Of a DNA stretch of 64,000 nt, positions 27,753 to 36,866 are shown one piece after another. The position numbers and the translations under genes were made by a program. The notes below the pieces were generated by a model. It did no database searches. It was not told the origin of the DNA and saw only the letters and a program-made list of their open reading frames with translations. The stretch covers positions 32,001 through 96,000 of the forward strand of contig JBJHCF010000009.1 of the NCBI GenBank assembly GCA_050506795.1, read 5' to 3'. Source of the DNA: Opitutia bacterium (GTDB lineage Bacteria; Verrucomicrobiota; Verrucomicrobiia; Opitutales; T3Sed10-336). Position 1 is the first letter of the stretch. Each line of letters opens with the position of its first letter.

Positions 27753-28126
27753 ACCTCCTTCTCGATTCCCATGCCTTGCTTTGGGCTCTGCACAATCCCG
27801 GAGAAATGCGGTCCGCCGCCCGCCAGGCCTTGGAGAATCCGGAAAACCTGGTGTTTTTCAGCGCCGGGGCGGTGTGGGAGCTTGAGTTGAAAGCGGCCAA
27901 AGGAAAACTGGTGTTGCCGAAAGGATGGCTGGAGGCGGCGGGGGAGACCGGTTTTCGGGAGTTGCCGGTGACTGCGGAGGACGCCGCCGCCAGCGCCCGG
28001 CTGCCCTGGCATCACAACGATCCCTTCGATCGCCTTTTCATCGCCAAGGCCGCACGGCGAGGTTGGAGCCTGGCCACCCGCGACGCCTTCTCTCCCCGGT
28101 ACGCGGTCCGTATACTGCCGGTATAA
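27749..28126 (+). CDS. vapC: VapC-family PIN-domain toxin
   Basis: MNLLLDSHALLW, WELELKAAKGKL, LPWHHNDPFDRLFIA and LATRD. Confidence 0.92.
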   Translation: MNLLLDSHALLWALHNPGEMRSAARQALENPENLVFFSAGAVWELELKAAKGKLVLPKGWLEAAGETGFRELPVTAEDAAASARLPWHHNDPFDRLFIAKAARRGWSLATRDAFSPRYAVRILPV

Positions 28127-28364
28127 AATCCCACGCCTGTATGGCGGTTAAGAATATTGTCCGATGCCGCAGGCTCTGGTCTATCAGGGAATTTTTGACC
28201 ACAGATTTCTCAGATGACCACCGAATTAAAGGCGAAAATTCCGGGTCTTTGAAAGAATTCATTGGCTAACAATGACTGAAACGATTGGCTGAGAAAGGAC
28301 CCGGAAAAGCTTTCGCGTTTCAGCAGGGAGCCCTGCCTTTATCCAAAAAAAGTCCGTTTTGAAA

Positions 28365-28512
28365 ACCACTAATTGACGCTAATTCACACTAATCAAAACA
28401 AGAACCTGGCATAAAAGTGAGGCTTACCGTGGCTTCAACCTGGGCGAATGGAATCGATAGACGTGGTTTCAGGTAAAGCATTTATTAGTGCTGATTAGTG
28501 AATATTAGTGGT
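28365..28512. repeat. Inverted pair of triple 10-nt-period CACTAAT arms
   Basis: ACCACTAATTGACGCTAATTCACACTAAT (28365-28393) and ATTAGTGCTGATTAGTGAATATTAGTGGT (28484-28512). Confidence 0.7.
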
Positions 28513-29274
28513 AACCCCAACTCCGGAATCAGGGTTCACTGTTTCTTCTCTGCCAGGATCTGTGGTTCAAGGTCGATTCTTGATTCGGGGTCATCCCGCA
28601 AGGCGGGATGCTGCGATCGAGGGCCATAAACGTCGCATTCATCTTGGCCTGTTCGAATCGGACGGGGCCTCTCTGTATAGATTTGGTCAATTGTTCCTTT
28701 CCGTGAACCGTACCGGTTTCACCGTCGTAATTGGCATCGCGGCTGCTGAAGGTACGGTGGCGTTGATCCGGTAGTTGAAACCCGGCGCCAAAGTTCCCTC
28801 GCATCACAGGGGAAGGCATCAAACCGAGAAAATAGACATCAAATGGATATTAGAAAAAACAACACCCATTACATTCCGCTGGTCGTTATCGCCGCTTTCG
28901 GCGCGGAGGTGGAACGGATCGTTTCCGCCCCAGGCACCCTGTTGCACGCCGGGCATCCAATCGTCCTGATCGGGGAGCAGGTGATCGCGTGAAGGACGAC
29001 CTGTGCGAACCTTTCGCGGTGGCGGGCTCGGAAGAAATCACGCGCTTTGGCGGGTGCCGATCCTTCCTCGATGCGATACCTGTCAGTGACACCCAGTCGA
29101 TCGATGCGGATTCCCCTGGCGACCGCCATTCCTCATGAAGCGTCTGCCTCCTCGTCACCGGGACTGCTCCTGGAGATCAATGCGGGAACGGGCGTCAGGC
29201 AGGAAGCCCTTGGAAGGTTGATTCTCCGGGGATTCTTGTGCTCATTGTGGAACTCACGACACTGGTATCACCGA

Positions 29275-29895
29275 ATGAAGATCCCGAACGCCTGCGACCC
29301 ATCACCGCCCGTTTTATCCGAGCACTACCGCCGCGTCCTGCACAACAGGCGCCAGAGTCTGCTCGCCGACCTCGACCGGGTGCCGCACGGTCGCGCTCCC
29401 TACGACCTGGAAATCGGTTGCGGGCACGGGCATTTCCTTTCCGGCTACGCCGCGGCGCACCCGGAAAGGTACTGCATCGGCATCGACATAGCCGGCGGAC
29501 GCCTGGAACGGGCGCGGCGCAAGACGGACCGTGCCGGACTCGACAACGTAGCCTGGATTCAGACCGAGGCACAACTTTTCCTGGAATGTCTCCCGGAAGC
29601 CATTCGGTTTTCACGCGTCTTTATTCTTTTTCCCGATCCCTGGCCCAAAAAGCGGCATCACAAAAACCGTCTGGTTAACCTGGATTTTCTCGACCGCCTG
29701 GCGAACGCCTGCACTCCCGCCGCCGAGCTTTATTTCCGCAGTGATCATTTTCCTTACGTGGATGCAGCGGAGAAGGCACTCATCGCCGGCGATGGCTGGA
29801 AGCTGCGCTACGACGCCGATTGGCCCTGGGAACAGCCGTCGGTGTTTCAGGATCTGGCGCACGATTACCGGTCGTTAATCGCTACCAGGGCGTGA
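29275..29895 (+). CDS. trmB: tRNA (guanine-N7)-methyltransferase
   Basis: LEIGCGHG, FPDPWPKKRHHKNRL and FRSD. Confidence 0.9.
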   Translation: MKIPNACDPSPPVLSEHYRRVLHNRRQSLLADLDRVPHGRAPYDLEIGCGHGHFLSGYAAAHPERYCIGIDIAGGRLERARRKTDRAGLDNVAWIQTEAQLFLECLPEAIRFSRVFILFPDPWPKKRHHKNRLVNLDFLDRLANACTPAAELYFRSDHFPYVDAAEKALIAGDGWKLRYDADWPWEQPSVFQDLAHDYRSLIATRA

Positions 29896-29977
29896 GGCGC
29901 AGAGGCAGTGACTCTTCCCGAACGATTCGATCAAACGGGGATCAGACGCAAAGTAACGCACCGGCCGGACGAGACGC

Positions 29978-30178
29978 TCAAAAGAACTCCAACCAGCCAA
30001 TCAGAAAGAACTGCAACAACGCCATGCAGAACACCAGAACCAGTGTTGCCACAAAAAACGCGTCGAGCGCCATGGTTCGTCCATTGCGTCTGCGTCTGGG
30101 AACGGAGTTCCGCCGTACCGGTTTCTTGAGTGGTCGCCGGCGGTAGAGAGATTCGGTGAGGTTGTCTTTCGGCGGCAT
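29978..30178 (-). CDS. Small hypothetical membrane protein (basic N-terminus, one C-terminal TM helix)
   Basis: MPPKDNLTESLYRRRPLKKPVRR...AFFVATLVLVFCMALLQFFLIGWLEFF. Supported by composition only. Confidence 0.4.
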   Translation of the reverse strand: MPPKDNLTESLYRRRPLKKPVRRNSVPRRRRNGRTMALDAFFVATLVLVFCMALLQFFLIGWLEFF

Positions 30179-30285
30179 GACGACTAATCGGCTTTCGGGG
30201 AACCGGTAACACACCCGAATTCCTGAAATTCAGTCTTTGAGTTCCCTGTAATCACTGCGGTTAATTCCGTTCCCATAATCCGACC

Positions 30286-31389
30286 TCACTTCTCATCCAG
30301 GGCCTCCCGCAACAGTTCGGCCTGCCAGGGCAAAAGCAGCTCGTCCATTTTCGTCTGGGTGCGGCTGAGCACAGCCAGTTGTGAGCGATTGGCGATAAGC
30401 GACGGATCGATGCCCAGCTTCGTCGCCTTACGGTCGCGCACCTCCCGCAACGCCTCTTGCCGCTCCAGTTCCTCGGTGCTGAACGGGTGGCGGCGGCGCC
30501 CCTCGTTCGGGCGGCTGGGAAGGGAATCCGGATCGCGTTCCCGTCCGCGCTGGACCGCCTTTTCCAACGCTTTGCGATGCCGGGCGAAAAGACGGGCCGG
30601 CAACGCCTTGTGCCATTCGGTTCCCGGAGAACGTCCCGCCGCGGCGGCCACGTCCACCATAAAGTTGTTGTTCAGAATTTTGAAGGGCGGAAGATCGGCC
30701 TTTTCGGCTGAGCGTTCCCGCCAATGCCACAGTTCATAGAGCACCGCCTGACTGCGCGGGGGAAGCCGGGTGGAGCCGGCCAGCCGCCAGGCGTTTTCGT
30801 CTTTTTCGCCAAAACCGTCGACCGCGGCTTCAATTTGGAATTCGCAGCGCTGCCGCAGCCAATCAACCCGCTTTTTCCGTTTCAACTCCGCCAGCATCTT
30901 CTTCCGGATCTCCTCCAGGTAGAGAACGTCTTCGGCGGCGTATTCGAGCATCTTTTCGGGCAGGGGTCGCTTCGACCAGTCGCTTTTCTGATGCCCTTTG
31001 GGCATCTCAATGCCCACGTAATGCTCCACCAACCCCCCCAAACCGGTCTTGGGCAAACCGAGCAGCTGGGCACCGAGCATCGTGTCGAAAAGGCGCTCCG
31101 GACGAAAGTTGTAGTGATCGGCCATCAGGCGCAGATCGAAATCACTCCCGTGCATGATCAACAGCCGGGTCCTGAAAACCTCCATCAGGGCCCGCATGTC
31201 AAGACCTTCCAACACGTCGACCAGAAAGATGCGATCACCCGCCTTGATCTGGAACAGGCAAATCCGGTTCCGATAGTGGTACATGTTGTCGGCTTCGGTA
31301 TCGAGCGGAACTTCATCGAAATCCGAGACAATTTCGACCAGCGCATCAAGATCCTCCTGCCGGTCGATCCATTCGTAGGCTTTGGTCAC
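30286..31389 (-). CDS. rnd: Ribonuclease D (3'-5' exonuclease plus HRDC domain)
   Basis: LDTEAD, HGSDFDL, FDTMLGAQLLG, SDWSKRPL, YAAEDV and the HRDC motif WRERSAEKADLPPFKIL. Start placed at GTG 31389. Confidence 0.88.
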   Translation of the reverse strand: MTKAYEWIDRQEDLDALVEIVSDFDEVPLDTEADNMYHYRNRICLFQIKAGDRIFLVDVLEGLDMRALMEVFRTRLLIMHGSDFDLRLMADHYNFRPERLFDTMLGAQLLGLPKTGLGGLVEHYVGIEMPKGHQKSDWSKRPLPEKMLEYAAEDVLYLEEIRKKMLAELKRKKRVDWLRQRCEFQIEAAVDGFGEKDENAWRLAGSTRLPPRSQAVLYELWHWRERSAEKADLPPFKILNNNFMVDVAAAAGRSPGTEWHKALPARLFARHRKALEKAVQRGRERDPDSLPSRPNEGRRRHPFSTEELERQEALREVRDRKATKLGIDPSLIANRSQLAVLSRTQTKMDELLLPWQAELLREALDEK

Positions 31390-31603
31390 TCGGGTTTTTC
31401 GGTCGGTTCGATTCGGCAAACGAAAGAGTCGGCGCCAGGGCGCCCCGGAGATAAATCTCATGGCCCCCGGCCGTCCTCCCTTTCGGCATTTGAAAAACTG
31501 ATCACACCCTTTTTGTATTTACGATCCTGAGCGTTTTCAAGTCCGGTGTCGGAAACGTCGTGGCCCGAGAATTAAAAGCGTGATAGGGTTGGGACATCAA
31601 ACC

Positions 31604-32329
31604 ATGAAAGCCATCGTACTCTGCAGCGGCGGGATGGATTCCGTCACCGCCCTCTACCAGGCGCACCGCGAACACGAGGTGGCGGGAGCGCTGGGATTCC
31701 ATTACGGTTCCAAGCACAACGACCGCGAACTGCCCTGCGCCCGGTACCACGCGGACAAACTCGGCGTGCCCTTCCGGGTGGTGAGCCTGGATTTTATGGA
31801 CGCGCTCCTGGATTCGCACCTGCTGCGCTCCGGCGGCGACATTCCCGACGGACACTACGCGGAGGAAACCATGAAACAAACGGTGGTCCCATTCCGCAAC
31901 GGCATCCTGTTGTCGATCGCCGCCGGCTACGCCGAAAGCGCCGGGGCCGGAGGCGTCCTCATCGCGGCCCACTCGGGAGATCACGCCATCTACCCGGACT
32001 GCCGGGAACCGTTTATGGAGGCCATGGGCCGCGCCATGGAAACCGGGACTTACCCCGGCATCCGCCTGTTGCGCCCCTTCATCGCCCTGGATAAAACCGG
32101 AATCGTCCGGATCGGCGTGGAGCTTGGGATTGACTACGCCCGCACGTGGTCCTGTTACAAAGGCGGGGAACGCCATTGCGGGGTCTGCGGCACCTGTGTG
32201 GAACGCCGGGAGGCTTTCCTCCAGGCCGGAGTAACCGATCCCACCGAATACGAAAAAACTCCGCCGCTGCCGGCGGGGCCCGATGCCACGGGGCGGACCG
32301 TTGACCGCACCGGGCTCGCCGGTCAGTAA
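31604..32329 (+). CDS. queC: 7-cyano-7-deazaguanine synthase
   Basis: SGGMDS, VPFRNG, YPDCR and TWSCYKGGERHCGVCGTCVER. Confidence 0.95.
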   Translation: MKAIVLCSGGMDSVTALYQAHREHEVAGALGFHYGSKHNDRELPCARYHADKLGVPFRVVSLDFMDALLDSHLLRSGGDIPDGHYAEETMKQTVVPFRNGILLSIAAGYAESAGAGGVLIAAHSGDHAIYPDCREPFMEAMGRAMETGTYPGIRLLRPFIALDKTGIVRIGVELGIDYARTWSCYKGGERHCGVCGTCVERREAFLQAGVTDPTEYEKTPPLPAGPDATGRTVDRTGLAGQ

Positions 32330-32336
32330 TCGAATC

Positions 32337-33029
32337 GTGCGGATTTCCGAAATATTTCATTCCATCCAGGGGGAAGGTCAACTGGCCGGCATTCCTTCAG
32401 TCTTTGTGCGCACCTCGGGATGCAACCTGCGTTGCGGCTGGTGCGACACCCCCTACGCGTCGTGGAATCCGGAAGGGGACCAACTCACGATTCCGGAAAT
32501 TCTCGACCGGGTCCGGGCCTACACTTGCCGTCACATCGTCCTCACCGGCGGCGAACCCATGGTCGCGACCGAGCTCCCGGAACTCGCCGCCGCCCTGCGC
32601 GAAACCGGACATCATATCACCATTGAAACCGCCGCCACCGTGCCTCCGAACGGAATCGCCTGCGACCTGGCGTCCCTCAGTCCGAAACTCGCCAATTCCG
32701 ATCCCGGCCCGGAAGCGCCGGGAGACTGGCGGGAGCGACATGAGGCACGGCGCCTGAGACCGGACGTCATTCGCGCCTGGATCGACGCCTACCCATACCA
32801 GCTGAAATTCGTGGTGGCGGGGGAGGGTGACCTTCGTGAGATCCTTGACCTCCTCGACACCCTGGACCGGACAATTCCCGCCGAAAACATCCTGTTGATG
32901 CCCGAGGGCACCGACCCCGCCACCCTGCGACGGCGGGCGAAATGGATTGCGGAAATCTGCCGCGAAACCGGCTACCGCTACGCTCCGCGGCTCCACATCG
33001 AATTGTTCGGCAATACACGAGGAACGTGA
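32337..33029 (+). CDS. queE: 7-carboxy-7-deazaguanine synthase (radical SAM)
   Basis: EIFHSIQGEG, GCNLRCGWCDT, TGGEP, SLSPK and RLH. Confidence 0.95.
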   Translation: MRISEIFHSIQGEGQLAGIPSVFVRTSGCNLRCGWCDTPYASWNPEGDQLTIPEILDRVRAYTCRHIVLTGGEPMVATELPELAAALRETGHHITIETAATVPPNGIACDLASLSPKLANSDPGPEAPGDWRERHEARRLRPDVIRAWIDAYPYQLKFVVAGEGDLREILDLLDTLDRTIPAENILLMPEGTDPATLRRRAKWIAEICRETGYRYAPRLHIELFGNTRGT

Positions 33030-33040
33030 GTTCCGTTAAC

Positions 33041-33330
33041 GTAGCGCCCTGCTTCAGCGGGCGTCTTTGCGGCGTACGGACGGCTGTTCCCGCGAAGAAG
33101 CCTCCGGCTAAAGCACGGAGCTACGGGGAGTGTAGCGCCCTGCTTCAGCGGGCGTCTTTGCGGCGCACGGACGGCTGTTCCCGCGAAGAAGCCTCCGGCT
33201 AAAGCACGGAGCTACGGGGAGTGTAGCGCCCTGCTTCAGCGGGCGTCTTTGCGGCGTACGGACGGCTGTTCCCGCGAAGAAGCCTCCGGCTAAAGCACGG
33301 AGCTACGGGGAGTGTAGCGCCCTGCTTCAG
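33041..33330. repeat. GTAG-family REP tandem array, 91-bp period, three near-identical units plus a partial one
   Basis: GTAGCGCCCTGCTTCAG starts at 33041, 33132, 33223 and 33314. Each full unit contains the inverted CTCCGGCTAAAGCACGGAGCTAC shared with the 18.2-kb array. Confidence 0.9.
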
Positions 33331-33402
33331 ACAGGCAGGGCGCCAGGCACGGCAAGTCACTCCTTGATTGCTCCCGGCTGAACCGTCGGTTAAGCAGTTC
33401 CC

Positions 33403-34209
33403 ATGAAAATCGTTCGTTATATTGATCGGAAGGGAAATCAGGGACACGCGGCCCGCCAGGATGACGGAACCTGTCTCCGTCTGGACGGGGCTCTCTTCGG
33501 GCGGCTCACCGTCACCGACGAGCCTATTGAACCGGCCAGGATTCTGGCGCCCGTAACGCCTCCTCTCATCCTCTGCATCGGACTCAACTACCGCAAACAC
33601 GCCGAGGAAACGGGGGCGAAGATACCCGACTACCCGGTGGTGTTTCACAAAAGCCCGGCCGCGCTGCAACATCCCGGTGAACCGATCCGAATCCCGACTT
33701 TTTTGCCGAGCGACAAAGTCGACTACGAGTGCGAATTGGCGGTGGTGATCGGACGTGACTGCAAAAACGTCAGCCGGGAGAACGCGTTGGATTATGTTCT
33801 CGGATACACCTGCGGCAACGACGTCAGCGCCCGCGACTGGCAGAAGGAAAAGGGTGGGGGACAGTGGTGCCGGGCCAAAAGCTTCGATACCTTTGCGCCG
33901 CTGGGACCCTGTCTGGTGACCCCCGATGAGATCCCCAATCCCAACGACCTGCAGATCCGCACCCGTCTCAACAAAGAGACCGTGCAGATGAGCCACACCG
34001 GGGACATGATTTTCGACGTGCCCACCCTGATCGCCTTTCTCAGCGGCAGCACCACGCTACCCGCGGGCACCGTCATTTTGACCGGCACCCCCGAAGGCGT
34101 CGGCATGGCCCGCACCCCGCCCCTGTGGTTGAAAAACGGGGACACGGTGCATGTCGAAATCGAAGGTATCGGCTCCCTGGAAAACCCGGTGACCCGCGAG
34201 GGCGATTGA
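33403..34209 (+). CDS. Fumarylacetoacetate hydrolase family protein
   Basis: CIGLNYRKHAEE, DYECELAVVIG, NDVSARDWQ, KSFDTFAPLGP and LTGTPEGVG. Confidence 0.92.
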   Translation: MKIVRYIDRKGNQGHAARQDDGTCLRLDGALFGRLTVTDEPIEPARILAPVTPPLILCIGLNYRKHAEETGAKIPDYPVVFHKSPAALQHPGEPIRIPTFLPSDKVDYECELAVVIGRDCKNVSRENALDYVLGYTCGNDVSARDWQKEKGGGQWCRAKSFDTFAPLGPCLVTPDEIPNPNDLQIRTRLNKETVQMSHTGDMIFDVPTLIAFLSGSTTLPAGTVILTGTPEGVGMARTPPLWLKNGDTVHVEIEGIGSLENPVTREGD

Positions 34210-34258
34210 ACCCGCCCGGATGCCCCGCTGTCGGGGGTCGCCGGGCGGCTCCGCCGTC

Positions 34259-35248
34259 CTATCCTTTTAACTCCTTCTCGACCGCGGCCCACCGCTCTTC
34301 CGGCAGGGTGGCGCCCATGACCTGGACAACCTCCGCGCCAAGACGGGAACCGAATCGCCCGCAATCCGACAGGTCGCGGCCCTGGAGCCAGCCGTAGAGA
34401 AAACCTGCCGCCCACAAATCGCCTGCGCCGGTGGTGTCGACAACGTTGTCCACCCGGACCGGATCAACGCGCACCACCGTCTCACCCCGAGCAATATAGG
34501 AGCCCTCTTTGCCTACTTTGACGACGGCGGTGTCGCAGAGTTCGGCCAATTCCCGCACCATGGCCTCGTAATCGGTGCCCTTGCCGGAAAACGCGTTGGC
34601 TTCCTCCTCGTTGGCGAAAACCACGTCCACGTAGTCACGGAGGATGCCGGGAAGAACATCCTTGGTGGCGTTTACCACCTCGAACGAAGCCAGGTCCACA
34701 CTGATGGTACAGCCCGCTTCTTTGGCCGAATCGAGGACCTTTTGCATCAGGTCGCGGTTGAAAAGCAGGTACCCCTCGATATGGGCATGCTGACAATCCC
34801 GGAAATCCTCGACGCTCACCTCGTCGGGGGTGAGGGTCATGGCCGCGCCAAGATCGGTGCGCATGGTACGTTCGGAGTCGGGTGTCACCAGTGAAAGACA
34901 ACGACCATTGGGAACCCCGCCGTCCTTAAACCGCGACGTGTCGCCGCCCAGGTCGGCGAATCGCCGTTTATAAAATTCCGCTCCGGCGTCGTTGCCAATC
35001 TTTCCCAGAAAGGTGGCGGGAACCCCAAGGCGGGCCAGCGTGAAGATACTGTTTCCCGCGGAACCCCCGGCGGCTTCCACCAACTCGCCCTCGACCTTCG
35101 CCAATAGCGCTCCCATGCTTTCCGTATCCACGAGTTCCATGCCGCCTTTGGCCCCCTCGATGCCTTCCAGGAAGGCGTCTTCCACCCGCGCCAACGTATC
35201 CACGATGGGCGAGCCTACTCCGATGATTTTGTATTTTTTCTCTGCCAT
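34259..35248 (-). CDS. PfkB-family carbohydrate/adenosine kinase
   Basis: GGSAGN, DSERTM, FANEEE and DTTGAGD. Confidence 0.9.
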   Translation of the reverse strand: MAEKKYKIIGVGSPIVDTLARVEDAFLEGIEGAKGGMELVDTESMGALLAKVEGELVEAAGGSAGNSIFTLARLGVPATFLGKIGNDAGAEFYKRRFADLGGDTSRFKDGGVPNGRCLSLVTPDSERTMRTDLGAAMTLTPDEVSVEDFRDCQHAHIEGYLLFNRDLMQKVLDSAKEAGCTISVDLASFEVVNATKDVLPGILRDYVDVVFANEEEANAFSGKGTDYEAMVRELAELCDTAVVKVGKEGSYIARGETVVRVDPVRVDNVVDTTGAGDLWAAGFLYGWLQGRDLSDCGRFGSRLGAEVVQVMGATLPEERWAAVEKELKG

Positions 35249-35496
35249 AAATCCGTAGTTTTCGCACCGCCGCCAAACGATCAATCGCAGCGGCACGAAT
35301 TACCATTACCTCCCAAGCCCGCCCGCAGGGCAACGAGAAAAGCCGCCCTCAATGTTGGCTCAGGCCGGTAAAGAGTCCATATCGCTGAATTCGATACGTT
35401 TCCATTACCGTTTTCGACAAGGAAACGCGGATACGCACGCTCTGCGAAAACCATCGAAAAAGGCACTTTTTCGTTTCGATTACTCTTGAAAAAACC

Positions 35497-35554
35497 GTTA
35501 CAATTTCGTAACCAAATGAATTCCATTCATCATCGCATAGCAACCGATGATGAA
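35497..35554 (+). promoter_or_regulatory. Possible regulator box and leader hairpin upstream of the porin
   Basis: GTTACAATTTCGTAAC is a palindrome and also a Pho-box-like repeat with 11-nt spacing. Perfect 10-bp stem TTCATCATCG...CGATGATGAA at 35526-35554. Confidence 0.35.
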
Positions 35555-35592
35555 AACCGCAGCATAAAACCCTTAGTGTAGAAAACGAAAAA

Positions 35593-36789
35593 ATGAAAGA
35601 CCATTCATCTCGATCGATACGTTTCGCGTCTCTCGTAGGAGCCGCCGCCTTGATGATACCGGCCGGTTTGAACGCGCAGAATGACGCTATGGATGCCTTG
35701 GAACCCGTGCTTAGCTCGGTGAGCGATCTCCGGCTGAAGGGCTCTTTTGGCGCCGAGTTCGGAGCCTCAAGCGCCAATCGTAACCGCGGGGGCGCGGGCA
35801 ACACGGAAAGTTTCCACACTTTCAACATCTCGCACGTTCGCTTCGGCGCCGAGGCCACCGTGTACGATGACTTCCACCTCGATGCCACTGTGTCGCTGCT
35901 TCCCACTTTCGGGAATGTTATTCACGACCTGGGAGGTGAAGGTGCGGGCGTTAACCTCTATCACGCGACGCTGTCCTACACCGGCTTCGAAGTCACGGAT
36001 TTGACTTTCGGATACATGTTCCCTCGCTTCGGATTGGAGAGGAATACCGCGGACGAAGATATAATTACCATCACTCGTACCGCCCTTACCGGTTTGGTGA
36101 CTCCCTTCCAGCACACCGGTGTGGCCGCTCACGGTGATTGGGACATCTTCAACTATCACGTGGGACTTTACAACGGCGACGCGGGCGGGGGAACCAACCC
36201 ATCCCAGCAATATCCGGTCGGTTACCTCTTCAATCTGAGTGGCGGGGTGGACCTTGATGAGTACGCCGCCGCGCTTCATGAGGACCTTTCCGCCGACCTG
36301 CGCGTAGACTTCCTCTACAACGACGAGGTCGGCACCGGAGCCGGAGGGGAAGCTTTCAAAAACGCAGTGGCAATTGGAACCAACGTCAGTTTCCTGGGCA
36401 TCGACGTCACCTACGAATACATGTGGGCCCGCGCGACCAACAACCTCGGATTGCCGGTTCGTCCCAAGGTACACGGGTATTACATTATGCCGTCATACTA
36501 CCTGACCGATCGTTTCCAGGCTGTGGCCCGTTATGAACGGATGCGGAACACGGAAGGAAACGTCATTGGAGGCGCCTTCTCACACAACGTCTACGCCGCC
36601 GACGTCGCGGGTATTTCCACCGGAGGAAACAAATACCAGGCCATTTACCTGGGCGGTAATTACTACCTCCATGGCGAAAACGTCAAACTGATGGCCGGTC
36701 TCGAGCTTGCGGAGTTGCGCAACACCACAACGACCAACTTCCAAAGCCGTACCCACACGGCCATGACGGCGCTGCGCATGCAGTTCTGA
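35593..36789 (+). CDS. Outer-membrane porin, OprO/OprP-like
   Basis: Signal peptide, amphipathic strands, GNYYLHGENVKLMAG and a C-terminal LRMQF. Confidence 0.75.
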   Translation: MKDHSSRSIRFASLVGAAALMIPAGLNAQNDAMDALEPVLSSVSDLRLKGSFGAEFGASSANRNRGGAGNTESFHTFNISHVRFGAEATVYDDFHLDATVSLLPTFGNVIHDLGGEGAGVNLYHATLSYTGFEVTDLTFGYMFPRFGLERNTADEDIITITRTALTGLVTPFQHTGVAAHGDWDIFNYHVGLYNGDAGGGTNPSQQYPVGYLFNLSGGVDLDEYAAALHEDLSADLRVDFLYNDEVGTGAGGEAFKNAVAIGTNVSFLGIDVTYEYMWARATNNLGLPVRPKVHGYYIMPSYYLTDRFQAVARYERMRNTEGNVIGGAFSHNVYAADVAGISTGGNKYQAIYLGGNYYLHGENVKLMAGLELAELRNTTTTNFQSRTHTAMTALRMQF

Positions 36790-36817
36790 TTCACCTCACG
36801 ATCTGTTATTATCCATC

Positions 36818-36849
36818 AAGCGGGCTCCTGAAAGGGGGCCCGCTTCTTT
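36818..36849 (+). terminator. Rho-independent terminator between the porin and cysS
   Basis: AAGCGGGCTCCT-GAA-AGGGGGCCCGCTT followed by CTTT. Confidence 0.65.
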
Positions 36850-36866
36850 GTGACCGATCGTACAAA

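Noticed and set aside
31462..31603. preQ1 riboswitch upstream of queC-queE
   Set aside because: No preQ1-I stem-loop with an A-rich tail was recognisable.
33041..33330. Possible CRISPR array (also 18175-18497)
   Set aside because: The intervening sequences are identical or near-identical rather than unique spacers, the repeats alternate in orientation, and no cas genes are present. These are REP doublet arrays.
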